In this document: positions 56,193-64,000 of the stretch, piece by piece
Layout of the letters: each line of letters begins with the position of its first letter
How positions within the stretch are numbered: position 1 is the first letter of the stretch
NCBI GenBank assembly: GCA_002011125.2
Contig: MTMF02000009.1
Span: forward strand, 1,704,989 to 1,768,988
Origin: Candidatus Hydrothermarchaeum profundi
GTDB lineage: Archaea; Hydrothermarchaeota; Hydrothermarchaeia; Hydrothermarchaeales; Hydrothermarchaeaceae
DNA: 64,000 bases
Direction: 5' to 3'
Translations under genes and position numbers: made by a program
Notes under the pieces: generated by a model
Database searches by the model: none
Told to the model about the DNA's origin: nothing
Seen by the model: the letters and a program-made list of their open reading frames with translations, nothing else

Positions 56193-57608
56193 TCACTTCA
56201 TCACAATCGCCTTCCCAACCAAGTCATGGACCCCGCCTACTTGGACTTCAAGCTTATAGTGCGACATAACTAAGGGAAGCTGGGCTTTATCTATAGCGCA
56301 TGGTGCAGCTAGATAGTTAGCTCCTGTGCTCCTCACTGCTTCAGCTCTGGGCATACCTCCCTTCATCCTGAGCTCCATTATCTCTTCAGTAAGAAGACCT
56401 CCACCGCCGCCGCAACAGAAAGTTTTCTCCTTAATTGTATTATCTGGCATCTCTCTAAAATCATTAACACAGCTTTTTATTATGTACCTCGGTTCTGAGA
56501 TCAGATTTCCTGCCCTTGCCATATTACATGGATCATGCAAAGTTACGATAACATCATCATTCTGACTTTTATCAAGCTTTATCTTGCCTTTTCTAATCTT
56601 ATCAGCAGTGTATTCCAGTATGTTACAATATTTAAAGGGCAAAGGTCCATTCATTTTCTCCATAAACTGCCTCGCTGCTCTCCAGGCATGCCCACACTCT
56701 CCGATTATAACCAGCTTTGCGTCTATCTCCTTTGCCTTGTCAACTATTCTCTTATTTATCCACTCGATGTCGATATAAGATTGAAAAAGACCGAAGTTTG
56801 CTGCCTCACTAGCATATGTGCTCATTGTCCAATCTACCCCCAATGCGTTCATTACTTTCGCCACCCCTATCATAGTATCAGTATTCGTAAAAAGGTCGGC
56901 AGAGGGAGGAACGTATAGGATATCCGCCTTCTCTTTATCCACTGGGATCTCGATATCTATATCTTCCATCTCCTTGACATCTTCTATCAAGAATTCACAG
57001 GTGCTTTTAAATGCTTTATCTGGAATGCCAAGGTTATTGCCAATATCATACACTTTCGCTATGACCTCTGTGATATACTTGGTCGCAAGCCCTAGGTTAG
57101 CTAGTATCTCTCTACCCGCCATAGTTATTTCTGCCTGATCTATACCATAGGGACAAAAAACAGAACAACGCCTGCATTCACTACACTGATAAAAATATTT
57201 GTACCATTCATTTTCGATTATATCATTTGTGAGATCCGACGCTCCCACCAAAGAGCCAAATATCCTGCCGCTGATAGTAAAATATCTCTTGTATACTTTT
57301 CTTAGGAGCTCAGCTCTACCTACGGGCGTATTCTTGGGATCCCCGGTGCCGAGATAATAATGGCATTGCTTAATGCATGCCCCACATCTGACACAAATAT
57401 CTAAATAAAGTTGCAGTGATTTCCGGGTTTTCCTAAGTTCATCAAGCTTCCTTATAGCTACTTCAGGCCTGTGCTCAGGAGGCAACTCGGGGTAGGGTAT
57501 TTTTACTTTGAGCCACTTTATATCCTTCTCCTTTGCTCTGTGCATAATGTAGTTTTCCGCTGCTGCTGGTTGAAATTTTACGTCGTAAATGTTTTTCATT
57601 TCAGCCAT
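56193..57608 (-). CDS. dsrK: DsrK/HmeD Fe-S subunit
   Basis: CVRCGAC..QC, CSECRRCSVFCPYGID, GECGH, HDPCN, CCGGGGG, CAID. Confidence 0.9.
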   Translation of the reverse strand: MAEMKNIYDVKFQPAAAENYIMHRAKEKDIKWLKVKIPYPELPPEHRPEVAIRKLDELRKTRKSLQLYLDICVRCGACIKQCHYYLGTGDPKNTPVGRAELLRKVYKRYFTISGRIFGSLVGASDLTNDIIENEWYKYFYQCSECRRCSVFCPYGIDQAEITMAGREILANLGLATKYITEVIAKVYDIGNNLGIPDKAFKSTCEFLIEDVKEMEDIDIEIPVDKEKADILYVPPSADLFTNTDTMIGVAKVMNALGVDWTMSTYASEAANFGLFQSYIDIEWINKRIVDKAKEIDAKLVIIGECGHAWRAARQFMEKMNGPLPFKYCNILEYTADKIRKGKIKLDKSQNDDVIVTLHDPCNMARAGNLISEPRYIIKSCVNDFREMPDNTIKEKTFCCGGGGGLLTEEIMELRMKGGMPRAEAVRSTGANYLAAPCAIDKAQLPLVMSHYKLEVQVGGVHDLVGKAIVMK

Positions 57609-57614
57609 GAGTTC

Positions 57615-58340
57615 TCACTCCTCTACCTCAATACTATGGGAGCCCTTCTCGAAGTAGTGAATCCTAGTAGGGCTGAAGAACACGCCTCCAAGATGCATTA
57701 TCTTGCTGAAGGGTAAAATCATGAGAAGCAACTGCACTAAAAAGAAGTGAGTGAGAAACCAGAAACTATCAGGTATAACGGAAGGATTCGGCTGCAAGGT
57801 TATTAGTCCCATTATCATTGTCTTCACATCAAATACGTAGACTCTGGAAAAAAACTTTAGAATTAGCCCAGTGCTTGCTATGGAAATCAGGAGTAGGAGG
57901 GCAAAGTAATCTGCGAAGTTAGATATGAATCTGAGATCAGCAAAAACTAGACGCCGTAATAATAGGTATAAGAGAGGAACTAGGATTAGTAGGCCAGCGT
58001 ATATCCCCACTGTTTGAAAAGCCATGACCCATGATGGAACAGGATACAAAAAATATCTTAAATGTCGCAATAGGATTAGTAAGAAGCATATATGGAATAT
58101 CCATGACCCCGCCCACAGAATATAATTGCCAGGAAACCTCAAAAGGCTTCTAAACAATGCAACATCTAATAAAACTCTCGCTATGGATTTTCCAGGCGAA
58201 TCCTGCCCAGGGAAAACAGGGATCTTTACCGGGGAGCGTATCGTCGCCCATGCGGCAAGCCTGTAAATAAATCCTACTGTGAATATGGTAATAGTGATAT
58301 AAGGAAGATAAACCCCAATAAAACTAGCAATAACACCCAT
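57615..58340 (-). CDS. dsrM: DsrM/HmeC cytochrome b subunit (NarI family)
   Basis: FRSL, IFH...RHLRYF..PVP, THFFL, PFSKIMH.GG.FFSPTR. Confidence 0.9.
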   Translation of the reverse strand: MGVIASFIGVYLPYITITIFTVGFIYRLAAWATIRSPVKIPVFPGQDSPGKSIARVLLDVALFRSLLRFPGNYILWAGSWIFHICFLLILLRHLRYFLYPVPSWVMAFQTVGIYAGLLILVPLLYLLLRRLVFADLRFISNFADYFALLLLISIASTGLILKFFSRVYVFDVKTMIMGLITLQPNPSVIPDSFWFLTHFFLVQLLLMILPFSKIMHLGGVFFSPTRIHYFEKGSHSIEVEE

Positions 58341-58419
58341 TAAATCACCTCCTCAGTTCCCATATATGGTTATGAATATAAAATATTTTCATTTACAAGT
58401 TGGTGTGGGGCTTTGTGCA

Positions 58420-58593
58420 CTACCACCAGCAGATGACTTTTTCGTAGTCGAAGATCTTATCGATAAGAGCATCGTAATCAGGAACGCCCTCATATAGCTT
58501 GAATACTTCCACTTCATTTCCCTGTGAATGCACATGTATAATCTTCTTCACAGTTTCATCGGCAGGTGATTTCAGGATTTCTAATACCTTCAT
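58420..58593 (-). CDS. 57-aa DsrH/TusB-like protein; not in ORF track
   Basis: ATG after GAGGTGA; MKVLEILKSPADETVKKIIHVHSQGNEVEVFKLYEGVPDYDALIDKIFDYEKVICWW. Confidence 0.8.
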   Translation of the reverse strand: MKVLEILKSPADETVKKIIHVHSQGNEVEVFKLYEGVPDYDALIDKIFDYEKVICWW

Positions 58594-58602
58594 TTCTTCA
58601 CC

Positions 58603-58893
58603 TCAAAAAGGTACGATAAAATCGTTTTCAAGCATTTTCTTAGCCATGTCCTCTAGCGAGATTATCTCCGTAAACTCGTCAGCGTTCTTCTCATTGTTGG
58701 AGTAAACCTTTCCATCAGAATCAACTATCCACTCTAAATTCTCCAAGATATACGGATTCTTTTTTAGCTCCACATTTATGATAAAGAGGTTCACTGTATG
58801 CCCTTCCAAGAGTAATCCAAGCGCAGACCTAGTGAATTCGCTCTGCCTATATCTGTCAGAGTCCCTTAAAATAAATGCTATTTTTCTCTCCAT
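58603..58893 (-). CDS. DsrF-like protein (DsrE fold, no Cys)
   Basis: KIAFILR, R.ALGL....H.V.LF, ISLEDMA..M.END.IVPF. Confidence 0.7.
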   Translation of the reverse strand: MERKIAFILRDSDRYRQSEFTRSALGLLLEGHTVNLFIINVELKKNPYILENLEWIVDSDGKVYSNNEKNADEFTEIISLEDMAKKMLENDFIVPF

Positions 58894-58894
58894 C

Positions 58895-59206
58895 TTAAAA
58901 CACCACGTATCTATCTACTTCCGCGGCTATTTCCGCGTTATTATCCTGATTACCATGGACTACACCATCAATAGTGGGCTTATAGGTGTTATGCAAGTCA
59001 AAGCCTTGATAGGTTTTATTGCATAGGCTTATCTCAGCGCCGGATTTGAGCAACTCCTCAAACTCAGGATCCTGAGTAAGAAATACAGAATTTGCGGTGA
59101 AAAAAATCTTCACTTCTTTACCTTTAGCCACCGCTGCCTTAGTTAACCCAATAACATGATTCAGATGTTTATCTGAACTCACAAGTATCCCAAGCTTTTC
59201 TCCTAT
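58895..59206 (-). CDS. DsrE-like sulfurtransferase; probable ATA start at 59206
   Basis: KLGILV, A...GKEV.IFFT..SV, SLCNKT (conserved Cys), DRYVVF. Confidence 0.8.
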   Translation of the reverse strand: MGEKLGILVSSDKHLNHVIGLTKAAVAKGKEVKIFFTANSVFLTQDPEFEELLKSGAEISLCNKTYQGFDLHNTYKPTIDGVVHGNQDNNAEIAAEVDRYVVF

Positions 59207-59223
59207 CTAGACCACCTCCTATT

Positions 59224-59841
59224 TTATTCGCCTTTCCTTTCAAGATACGCATACGCTAGGATGAAAATTAAGGCTTGAAAAGCGCCTATATACACGCCCT
59301 TTATCTTAAAGAGATATACTGCGAGAGGATTTGCAAGAGGAAACTCCCCTAACCAAATTAGTCCATATGGTGAACCAAGCAAAGAAGACTCTACACCTCC
59401 TGCTAGCTTTGCTGCTAACCATGGTATCGTATAAAGTTGCGCTCCAATTGCTACTCCGACTAATATCATAAAGGCGGTAATCAGATAATTAAGGCTTCCT
59501 TCGCCTATTCTTGCGAAACTGCTTATTACGCAACCCCCCGCAATAGCCATACCTATGCCGAAGATAACGCCTCCAACAACACTATACCAGCCAGCAGGCA
59601 TATTAGTGGGTCTTAATACTCCAACCGTCATAAAGAACGTATAGAAGAAACTTGTGGTACCAAGTATCATAAGAGTCATCTTTAGATTTCTATCTATCCT
59701 AAAAAGGATGTAGTCCCGTATTGCACCAGTCATGCAGAACCTGGATCTCTGAACTAGAAAGCCTAGTATAAACCCGAAGAATGCCGCAGAGATATAATGG
59801 GCCGGATTTGACATTATCTCCGCTATTGCACTCATTTTCAC
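59224..59841 (-). CDS. YeeE/YedE-family sulfur-compound transporter, half 2
   Basis: QRSRFCM, FGIGMAIAGGC, R.GEG. Confidence 0.85.
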   Translation of the reverse strand: MKMSAIAEIMSNPAHYISAAFFGFILGFLVQRSRFCMTGAIRDYILFRIDRNLKMTLMILGTTSFFYTFFMTVGVLRPTNMPAGWYSVVGGVIFGIGMAIAGGCVISSFARIGEGSLNYLITAFMILVGVAIGAQLYTIPWLAAKLAGGVESSLLGSPYGLIWLGEFPLANPLAVYLFKIKGVYIGAFQALIFILAYAYLERKGE

Positions 59842-60359
59842 AGCCCCATTTTTTTCTCGTAATATTTAGCCCCTATATATGTGCCTATAATTAATCCAAT
59901 CCCGGCGAGATAGGCTCCCAGAGCTATCTGGGGGAGGGAGTTTAAAAAAGTTCCCACGTTACAAGTCGTAATAAAAACGATTCCAATTCCCATTAATATC
60001 CCCCCCACTATTGACTCTGGAAGGCTGGACTTATCTACTCTTATTCCAAACTCCTCTGACAATAAAGCTGCCACAAAGCTTCCTAACACAAAGAAGAGGA
60101 GAGTGACCGCTACATCCAAATTTCCAGCAAAAATACTCCAGTGTGGATTTCTCAATACAAATTTTTCACCGATAAACGTAGTTAGAATAGTCTGATCAAC
60201 CCATCTAAGAGCGCTAGCAAAGGCCCATGCCTTTCCATAGCCTAATGTTATGCCTGTTTCGGTTTTGAAGGGTATAACTAAAAAAACTAGGACAATGCTG
60301 ATGAGTACGCCTCCAACCTTGTAGTCAAGTGGTTCCTTAAATAATGAGCGTAATCCCAT
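59838..60359 (-). CDS. YeeE/YedE-family sulfur-compound transporter, half 1
   Basis: GIT, LGSF.AAL, GG.LMG.G.....CNVG. Confidence 0.8.
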   Translation of the reverse strand: MGLRSLFKEPLDYKVGGVLISIVLVFLVIPFKTETGITLGYGKAWAFASALRWVDQTILTTFIGEKFVLRNPHWSIFAGNLDVAVTLLFFVLGSFVAALLSEEFGIRVDKSSLPESIVGGILMGIGIVFITTCNVGTFLNSLPQIALGAYLAGIGLIIGTYIGAKYYEKKMGL

Positions 60360-60576
60360 CCTAGTCCTCCTCCATTAAATTACGAGTGTAAGGAATGTGT
60401 GTATTTAAGGTTTTCTATTAGTCTTGGTTGTGTAAATTTTTTAATATCCAACCTAAATAATTAATATTCTACTTTAATTAGAAAAAATTTAAATAATCCA
60501 AAAAAAAATAAAATTATACCTTCTAAATTAAGGCTTGTATAAATTATGTACATGAAAAAAAGTAGGTGTGTAAATT

Positions 60577-61134
60577 ATGGATGAGAAGGATTGCACCATA
60601 TACGAAATGCTAAATGAGGATGGAAGGAAAAAAATCGTAGAGATAGCAAAGGTTATTGGATTCTCGCCTCCTTCGACAAAAGAACGTGTAGAGAAGTTGA
60701 TTAAAAATAAAGATATAAAAGTTAAGGCTCTTTTAAACGTTCAAAAGAAAAAATGGAAGACCGCTGTCTGTAATATACAAGTTTCAAGCATGGAAGAAGC
60801 CCTTAAGCTAGCAGACACTTTCAAGAATTGTCCTAGAGTGATTTTCGCAACAACTATGACAGGAGCTTATAATCTTATACTAATATTAGTAGCTAAAGAT
60901 ACTGCTGTCCTTGAATCTGCTATTGAAAACGGCATCCGACCTGTAAGCTCAATAAAAAAACTGGACATCTCTATAGGAGAAGCCCCAATTTTACCGGGGT
61001 TTCTTGATATAAGAATAAACCCTGTTAGTAAAGAGCCTCCCTGCGGCGAAAAATCCTGTTCAGAGTGCTATCTCTACGAAAGGAAATGTGATGGATGTCC
61101 GGCAACAATATATTGGAAAGGCCTTAGATCTTGA
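60577..61134 (+). CDS. Lrp/AsnC regulator with Cys-rich C-terminal extension
   Basis: Lrp HTH, CPRV......G.YN, PCGEKSCSECYLYERKCDGCP. Confidence 0.85.
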   Translation: MDEKDCTIYEMLNEDGRKKIVEIAKVIGFSPPSTKERVEKLIKNKDIKVKALLNVQKKKWKTAVCNIQVSSMEEALKLADTFKNCPRVIFATTMTGAYNLILILVAKDTAVLESAIENGIRPVSSIKKLDISIGEAPILPGFLDIRINPVSKEPPCGEKSCSECYLYERKCDGCPATIYWKGLRS

Positions 61135-61194
61135 GCCAAGATAATATTTAAATAAAGATTTTTCCTAAAGTATTGAGGTAAAGGAGGATTAGCT

Positions 61195-61452
61195 ATGCCG
61201 GAGGTTGAAATTCCGAAGATTGGGAAAGTTAATGTTTCTAGAGTAGTAGACTGCACAGGACAGGTGTGCCCAAAGCCACAACTAGAAGCCAAAAAGGCGT
61301 GTAAAGAGATGGTTGAGGGAGAGATAGTGGAAATGCTTATCACTAACCCTGCCTCAATTGAGGCGGTACCTAAAATTATCACTAAGTCTGGTTGTTCTGT
61401 ATTAGGAACAATAAAAGACGGAAATACATGGAAACTGTACTTTAAGAAGTAG
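61195..61452 (+). CDS. tusA: TusA-family sulfur carrier
   Basis: VDCTGQVCPKP. Confidence 0.88.
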   Translation: MPEVEIPKIGKVNVSRVVDCTGQVCPKPQLEAKKACKEMVEGEIVEMLITNPASIEAVPKIITKSGCSVLGTIKDGNTWKLYFKK

Positions 61453-62197
61453 AAACCTCCTTCCAAATATGCTCGAAATAGTTCCTGTACAGCTTGATGC
61501 ACCCAGGGTTTCTATTATATAAAGCAAAGTAGTAGTTAGCTGGATCCTCAGACGCCAGTATAAGCTCCTTATCATCCACTATGACAAAACGAGAGTGATC
61601 ATGCTCGAAGTCCTTGATCTCTGCGTTAAGCTTTCTTAATTTTTCCTTACATTCCTCATCAAACATTCCCATGGCTTTTATTTTAACTCCTGAGTTACTG
61701 GCTTTTCTCAGAGAAGCTTCTATCTCTCTAGTTGTTATTGGCTGTATACCTACTACATATACCTCTTTCTCCGCTCTTTCTATCATCTCGATAAGTTTTT
61801 TTCTGACGTTTTCTTGTCCCCGTATAGTCCAAATCATATCTTCCATAGATTCAGGACTCTCTTTTTCTTCATAGATAGGCCCTATCTTGGAGATTAGATC
61901 TTCTACCACTTTTATCCGGATATCACATTCTCTTTTCAAAACTTTTCGCGGATCAACTGCCCTATATCTTTTAGGTCTGCCAGGTTGAGATTCGACAAAA
62001 CCCATTTCCTCTAGATTATCTAAGATATCGTACTCTCGTGAGTAGGGTATACCGGCAGATTCTCTTATTTCTTTAACGGTTGAAGGCCCTCTAGTTACTA
62101 GGGCGATATACGTTTTTGCTTCATATTCTGTTAAGTCAAAGAGCTTGAGTATATCGACCCACCGCTGATCTATACCAAATTTTTTACTCATTTTCAA
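61442..62197 (-). CDS. TrmB-family transcriptional regulator
   Basis: LTEYEAKTY.AL, IP.SR.YDIL..L, GRPKRY, PLD-like C-terminus. Confidence 0.9.
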   Translation of the reverse strand: MKMSKKFGIDQRWVDILKLFDLTEYEAKTYIALVTRGPSTVKEIRESAGIPYSREYDILDNLEEMGFVESQPGRPKRYRAVDPRKVLKRECDIRIKVVEDLISKIGPIYEEKESPESMEDMIWTIRGQENVRKKLIEMIERAEKEVYVVGIQPITTREIEASLRKASNSGVKIKAMGMFDEECKEKLRKLNAEIKDFEHDHSRFVIVDDKELILASEDPANYYFALYNRNPGCIKLYRNYFEHIWKEVSTS

Positions 62198-62259
62198 GTA
62201 AAAAATAGAAAGTTTTATATATTTAAATTTTACTTAATTTTAAGTAAATTGAGGGAGAC

Positions 62260-62499
62260 ATGATGGCGGATATTACTCCAGACGAGGTACTTGATTGTAG
62301 AAAACTTGTATGTCCTATGCCTGTTCTCAAGACCAAGAAAGCCGTGAAAGGCATGCCTGCAGGGAAGATCTTAGAGGTCCTAGCTACTGATAAAGCGGCA
62401 CCAAAAGATATTACAGCATGGGCTAAAAAAGCGGGAGTGGAAGTACTTAAAATCGAGGGAGATGAAGAGTTCAAAATATACCTCAAAAAGAGCGAATGA
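62260..62499 (+). CDS. tusA: TusA-family sulfur carrier
   Basis: LDCRKLVCPMP, ATD.AA..DI.AW. Confidence 0.9.
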   Translation: MMADITPDEVLDCRKLVCPMPVLKTKKAVKGMPAGKILEVLATDKAAPKDITAWAKKAGVEVLKIEGDEEFKIYLKKSE

Positions 62500-62723
62500 A
62501 TATGCCTTATAGTCTAGATTTAAGCCGTGCCAAGTGCCCTATGGTTGTCTACAATCTTAACAAAGAAATGAGGAAACTAAGCTCGGGAGAAGTCTTGGAA
62601 GTAGTAGTAACAGATCCTGCAGCAGAGAAGGACATTCCGGCTTGGTCAAGAACCACAGGAAATGAGATTATTGAAACTATAAAGACTGAGAATAATATAA
62701 AATTCAAGATAAGGAAAAAATAA
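62496..62723 (+). CDS. tusA: TusA-family sulfur carrier
   Basis: LDL...KCPM, TDPAAEKDIPAW..TGN. Confidence 0.88.
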   Translation: MNMPYSLDLSRAKCPMVVYNLNKEMRKLSSGEVLEVVVTDPAAEKDIPAWSRTTGNEIIETIKTENNIKFKIRKK

Positions 62724-62734
62724 GGAGGTTTAAA

Positions 62735-63211
62735 ATGGCGGAAGAAAAAAAGAAGAGGATAGCAATAATAGCATCTAAAGGAACTTTAGATATGGCTTAT
62801 CCTCCCCTAATTTTAGCTACTACGGCTCTATCTATGGATATGGAAGCAGGGATATTCTTTACTCTCTATGGTATTAACATTCTCAGGAAAGATAAGCAGG
62901 AATCCCTTAAAGTAGCTCCATTAGCAAATCCAGCGATGCCAGTTCCGGTACCAAATATAATGGGCGTGATACCTGGCATGACGGCTATGGCGACATCTAT
63001 GATGAAGGGCTGGATAAAAAAGATAAACTGGCCAACAATTCCTGAGCTACTTGAAATGTGTGTAGAGGAAGGTGCGAGGCTGATAGCCTGCTCGCCAACA
63101 ATGGAAATGCTAGACCTTAAAAAAGAAGACCTAATTGATGGCGTAGAGATAGCAGGAGCTGCCGACTTCTTAGAATTTGCATCAGAAGCAGATATAACCC
63201 TATTTATCTAA
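62735..63211 (+). CDS. DsrE2/DrsE-like sulfurtransferase
   Basis: SKGTLDMAYPP, IFFTLYG, IAC..TM, GAA.FL..A. Confidence 0.88.
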   Translation: MAEEKKKRIAIIASKGTLDMAYPPLILATTALSMDMEAGIFFTLYGINILRKDKQESLKVAPLANPAMPVPVPNIMGVIPGMTAMATSMMKGWIKKINWPTIPELLEMCVEEGARLIACSPTMEMLDLKKEDLIDGVEIAGAADFLEFASEADITLFI

Positions 63212-64000
63212 ATCCTCCAACATCATCGCTAGACCATAACACGGTAAATTCTCTGGAGCACAGATAGTTTCGGATAAGTCCACGTACTCTAGACGCAGGC
63301 GATTACTGGCCTCTTCTGCTAATACAGACCCAACACCGCATCCATAGACTCTATTCAACTCATGTCTTCTGGAAACATTCATTAAAGAGGTAGAGATAAT
63401 TTCAACCTGTTTTTCATGGAGATATCGACAGATTTTTTTTAAGACATCTTCGCCTATATCCTCTAAATCCGAGCATAAAAGTCTCGCAATCCGTCTCATT
63501 GAGTCTATTTTCCCTTTTCCCTTTTCATCGGGAGTATCGCAGGAGTACTCTGCAATCATGCCCAAAATATTATATACATCCGCTGTGATTGCGAAATACT
63601 CCGAGGATATAGGTAAGAGCCCCCCTCTATAAGGTAGTTTATCTGTTATAGCTGGCACAGGAGTTCTTAAAAAACCAGTATAAACCAGCTCTCCACGCTC
63701 CAGCCTCTCTAGGTCATTTTTTCCAGTTAATATTTTTCCTTTGCTAAAGGGCAGAATATCTGTCGTAGTTGACCCCACGTCTACGAGTATGCCCATGCCG
63801 AACTTTTTTTCCATGTAATAGAGGCTTGCAACCCAGTTTGCAGCGGCGAGTTCTAATGGATCCTTAACTTCATCTCGATAAAGCAGCCTACGACGAATAG
63901 ATAAGTAGAGTGGATGCTCCATTACATTTTCACATGCTTCGAGAATATACTCCACCCCTTCTCGGCGGCTGTTGAATACGTCGCTCAATTCAGCTGTCAT
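63200..64000 (-). CDS. mfnF: hydantoinase A-fold protein, MfnF-like (methanofuran biosynthesis); 5' end outside window
   Basis: MTAELSDVF..R.EGV, AAANW, DVGSTTTDI, ELVYTG.LRT, TPD. Confidence 0.75.
   Translation of the reverse strand: MTAELSDVFNSRREGVEYILEACENVMEHPLYLSIRRRLLYRDEVKDPLELAAANWVASLYYMEKKFGMGILVDVGSTTTDILPFSKGKILTGKNDLERLERGELVYTGFLRTPVPAITDKLPYRGGLLPISSEYFAITADVYNILGMIAEYSCDTPDEKGKGKIDSMRRIARLLCSDLEDIGEDVLKKICRYLHEKQVEIISTSLMNVSRRHELNRVYGCGVGSVLAEEASNRLRLEYVDLSETICAPENLPCYGLAMMLEDLDK

Noticed and set aside
1033-62486. Many 60-185 aa ORFs antisense to or nested within recognised genes
   Set aside because: No motifs; they are codon-bias shadows of real genes.
54500-63211. Selenocysteine recoding in sulfur-island genes
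   Set aside because: Catalytic positions are ordinary Cys codons; no in-frame TGA at conserved sites was seen.

Overview
Archaeal chromosomal window, inferred from archaeal-type PurA, GuaAB, TopA, Lhr, HerA, XPD, TrpB2, TrmB and MfnF, TATA/BRE promoters, GGAGGTGA RBSs and tRNAs without encoded CCA. Gene content fits an anaerobic, probably thermophilic euryarchaeote such as Hydrothermarchaeota or an Archaeoglobus-like lineage (inference only). The left half is mostly housekeeping plus a GlcD-CPA2-GlcF-RuBisCO-like operon. The right half holds tRNA-Thr(GGT) and tRNA-Leu(CAG); two integrase-less toxin-antitoxin cassettes in tandem behind tRNA-Leu, each bounded by a copy of the tRNA 3' end and a TTTAC-NN-GTAAA palindrome; a copper-efflux operon with a MerB-like protein whose catalytic Cys is replaced by Ser; a CbpA/CbpB radical-SAM peptide-modification pair whose 38-aa precursor is absent from the ORF track; and a ~9 kb sulfur island (DsrC, DsrMK, diheme cytochrome, split YeeE, DsrE/F/H-like, three TusA, DsrE2). 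Five small ORFs missing from the track were read by hand. All calls come from motif recognition, not database searches.
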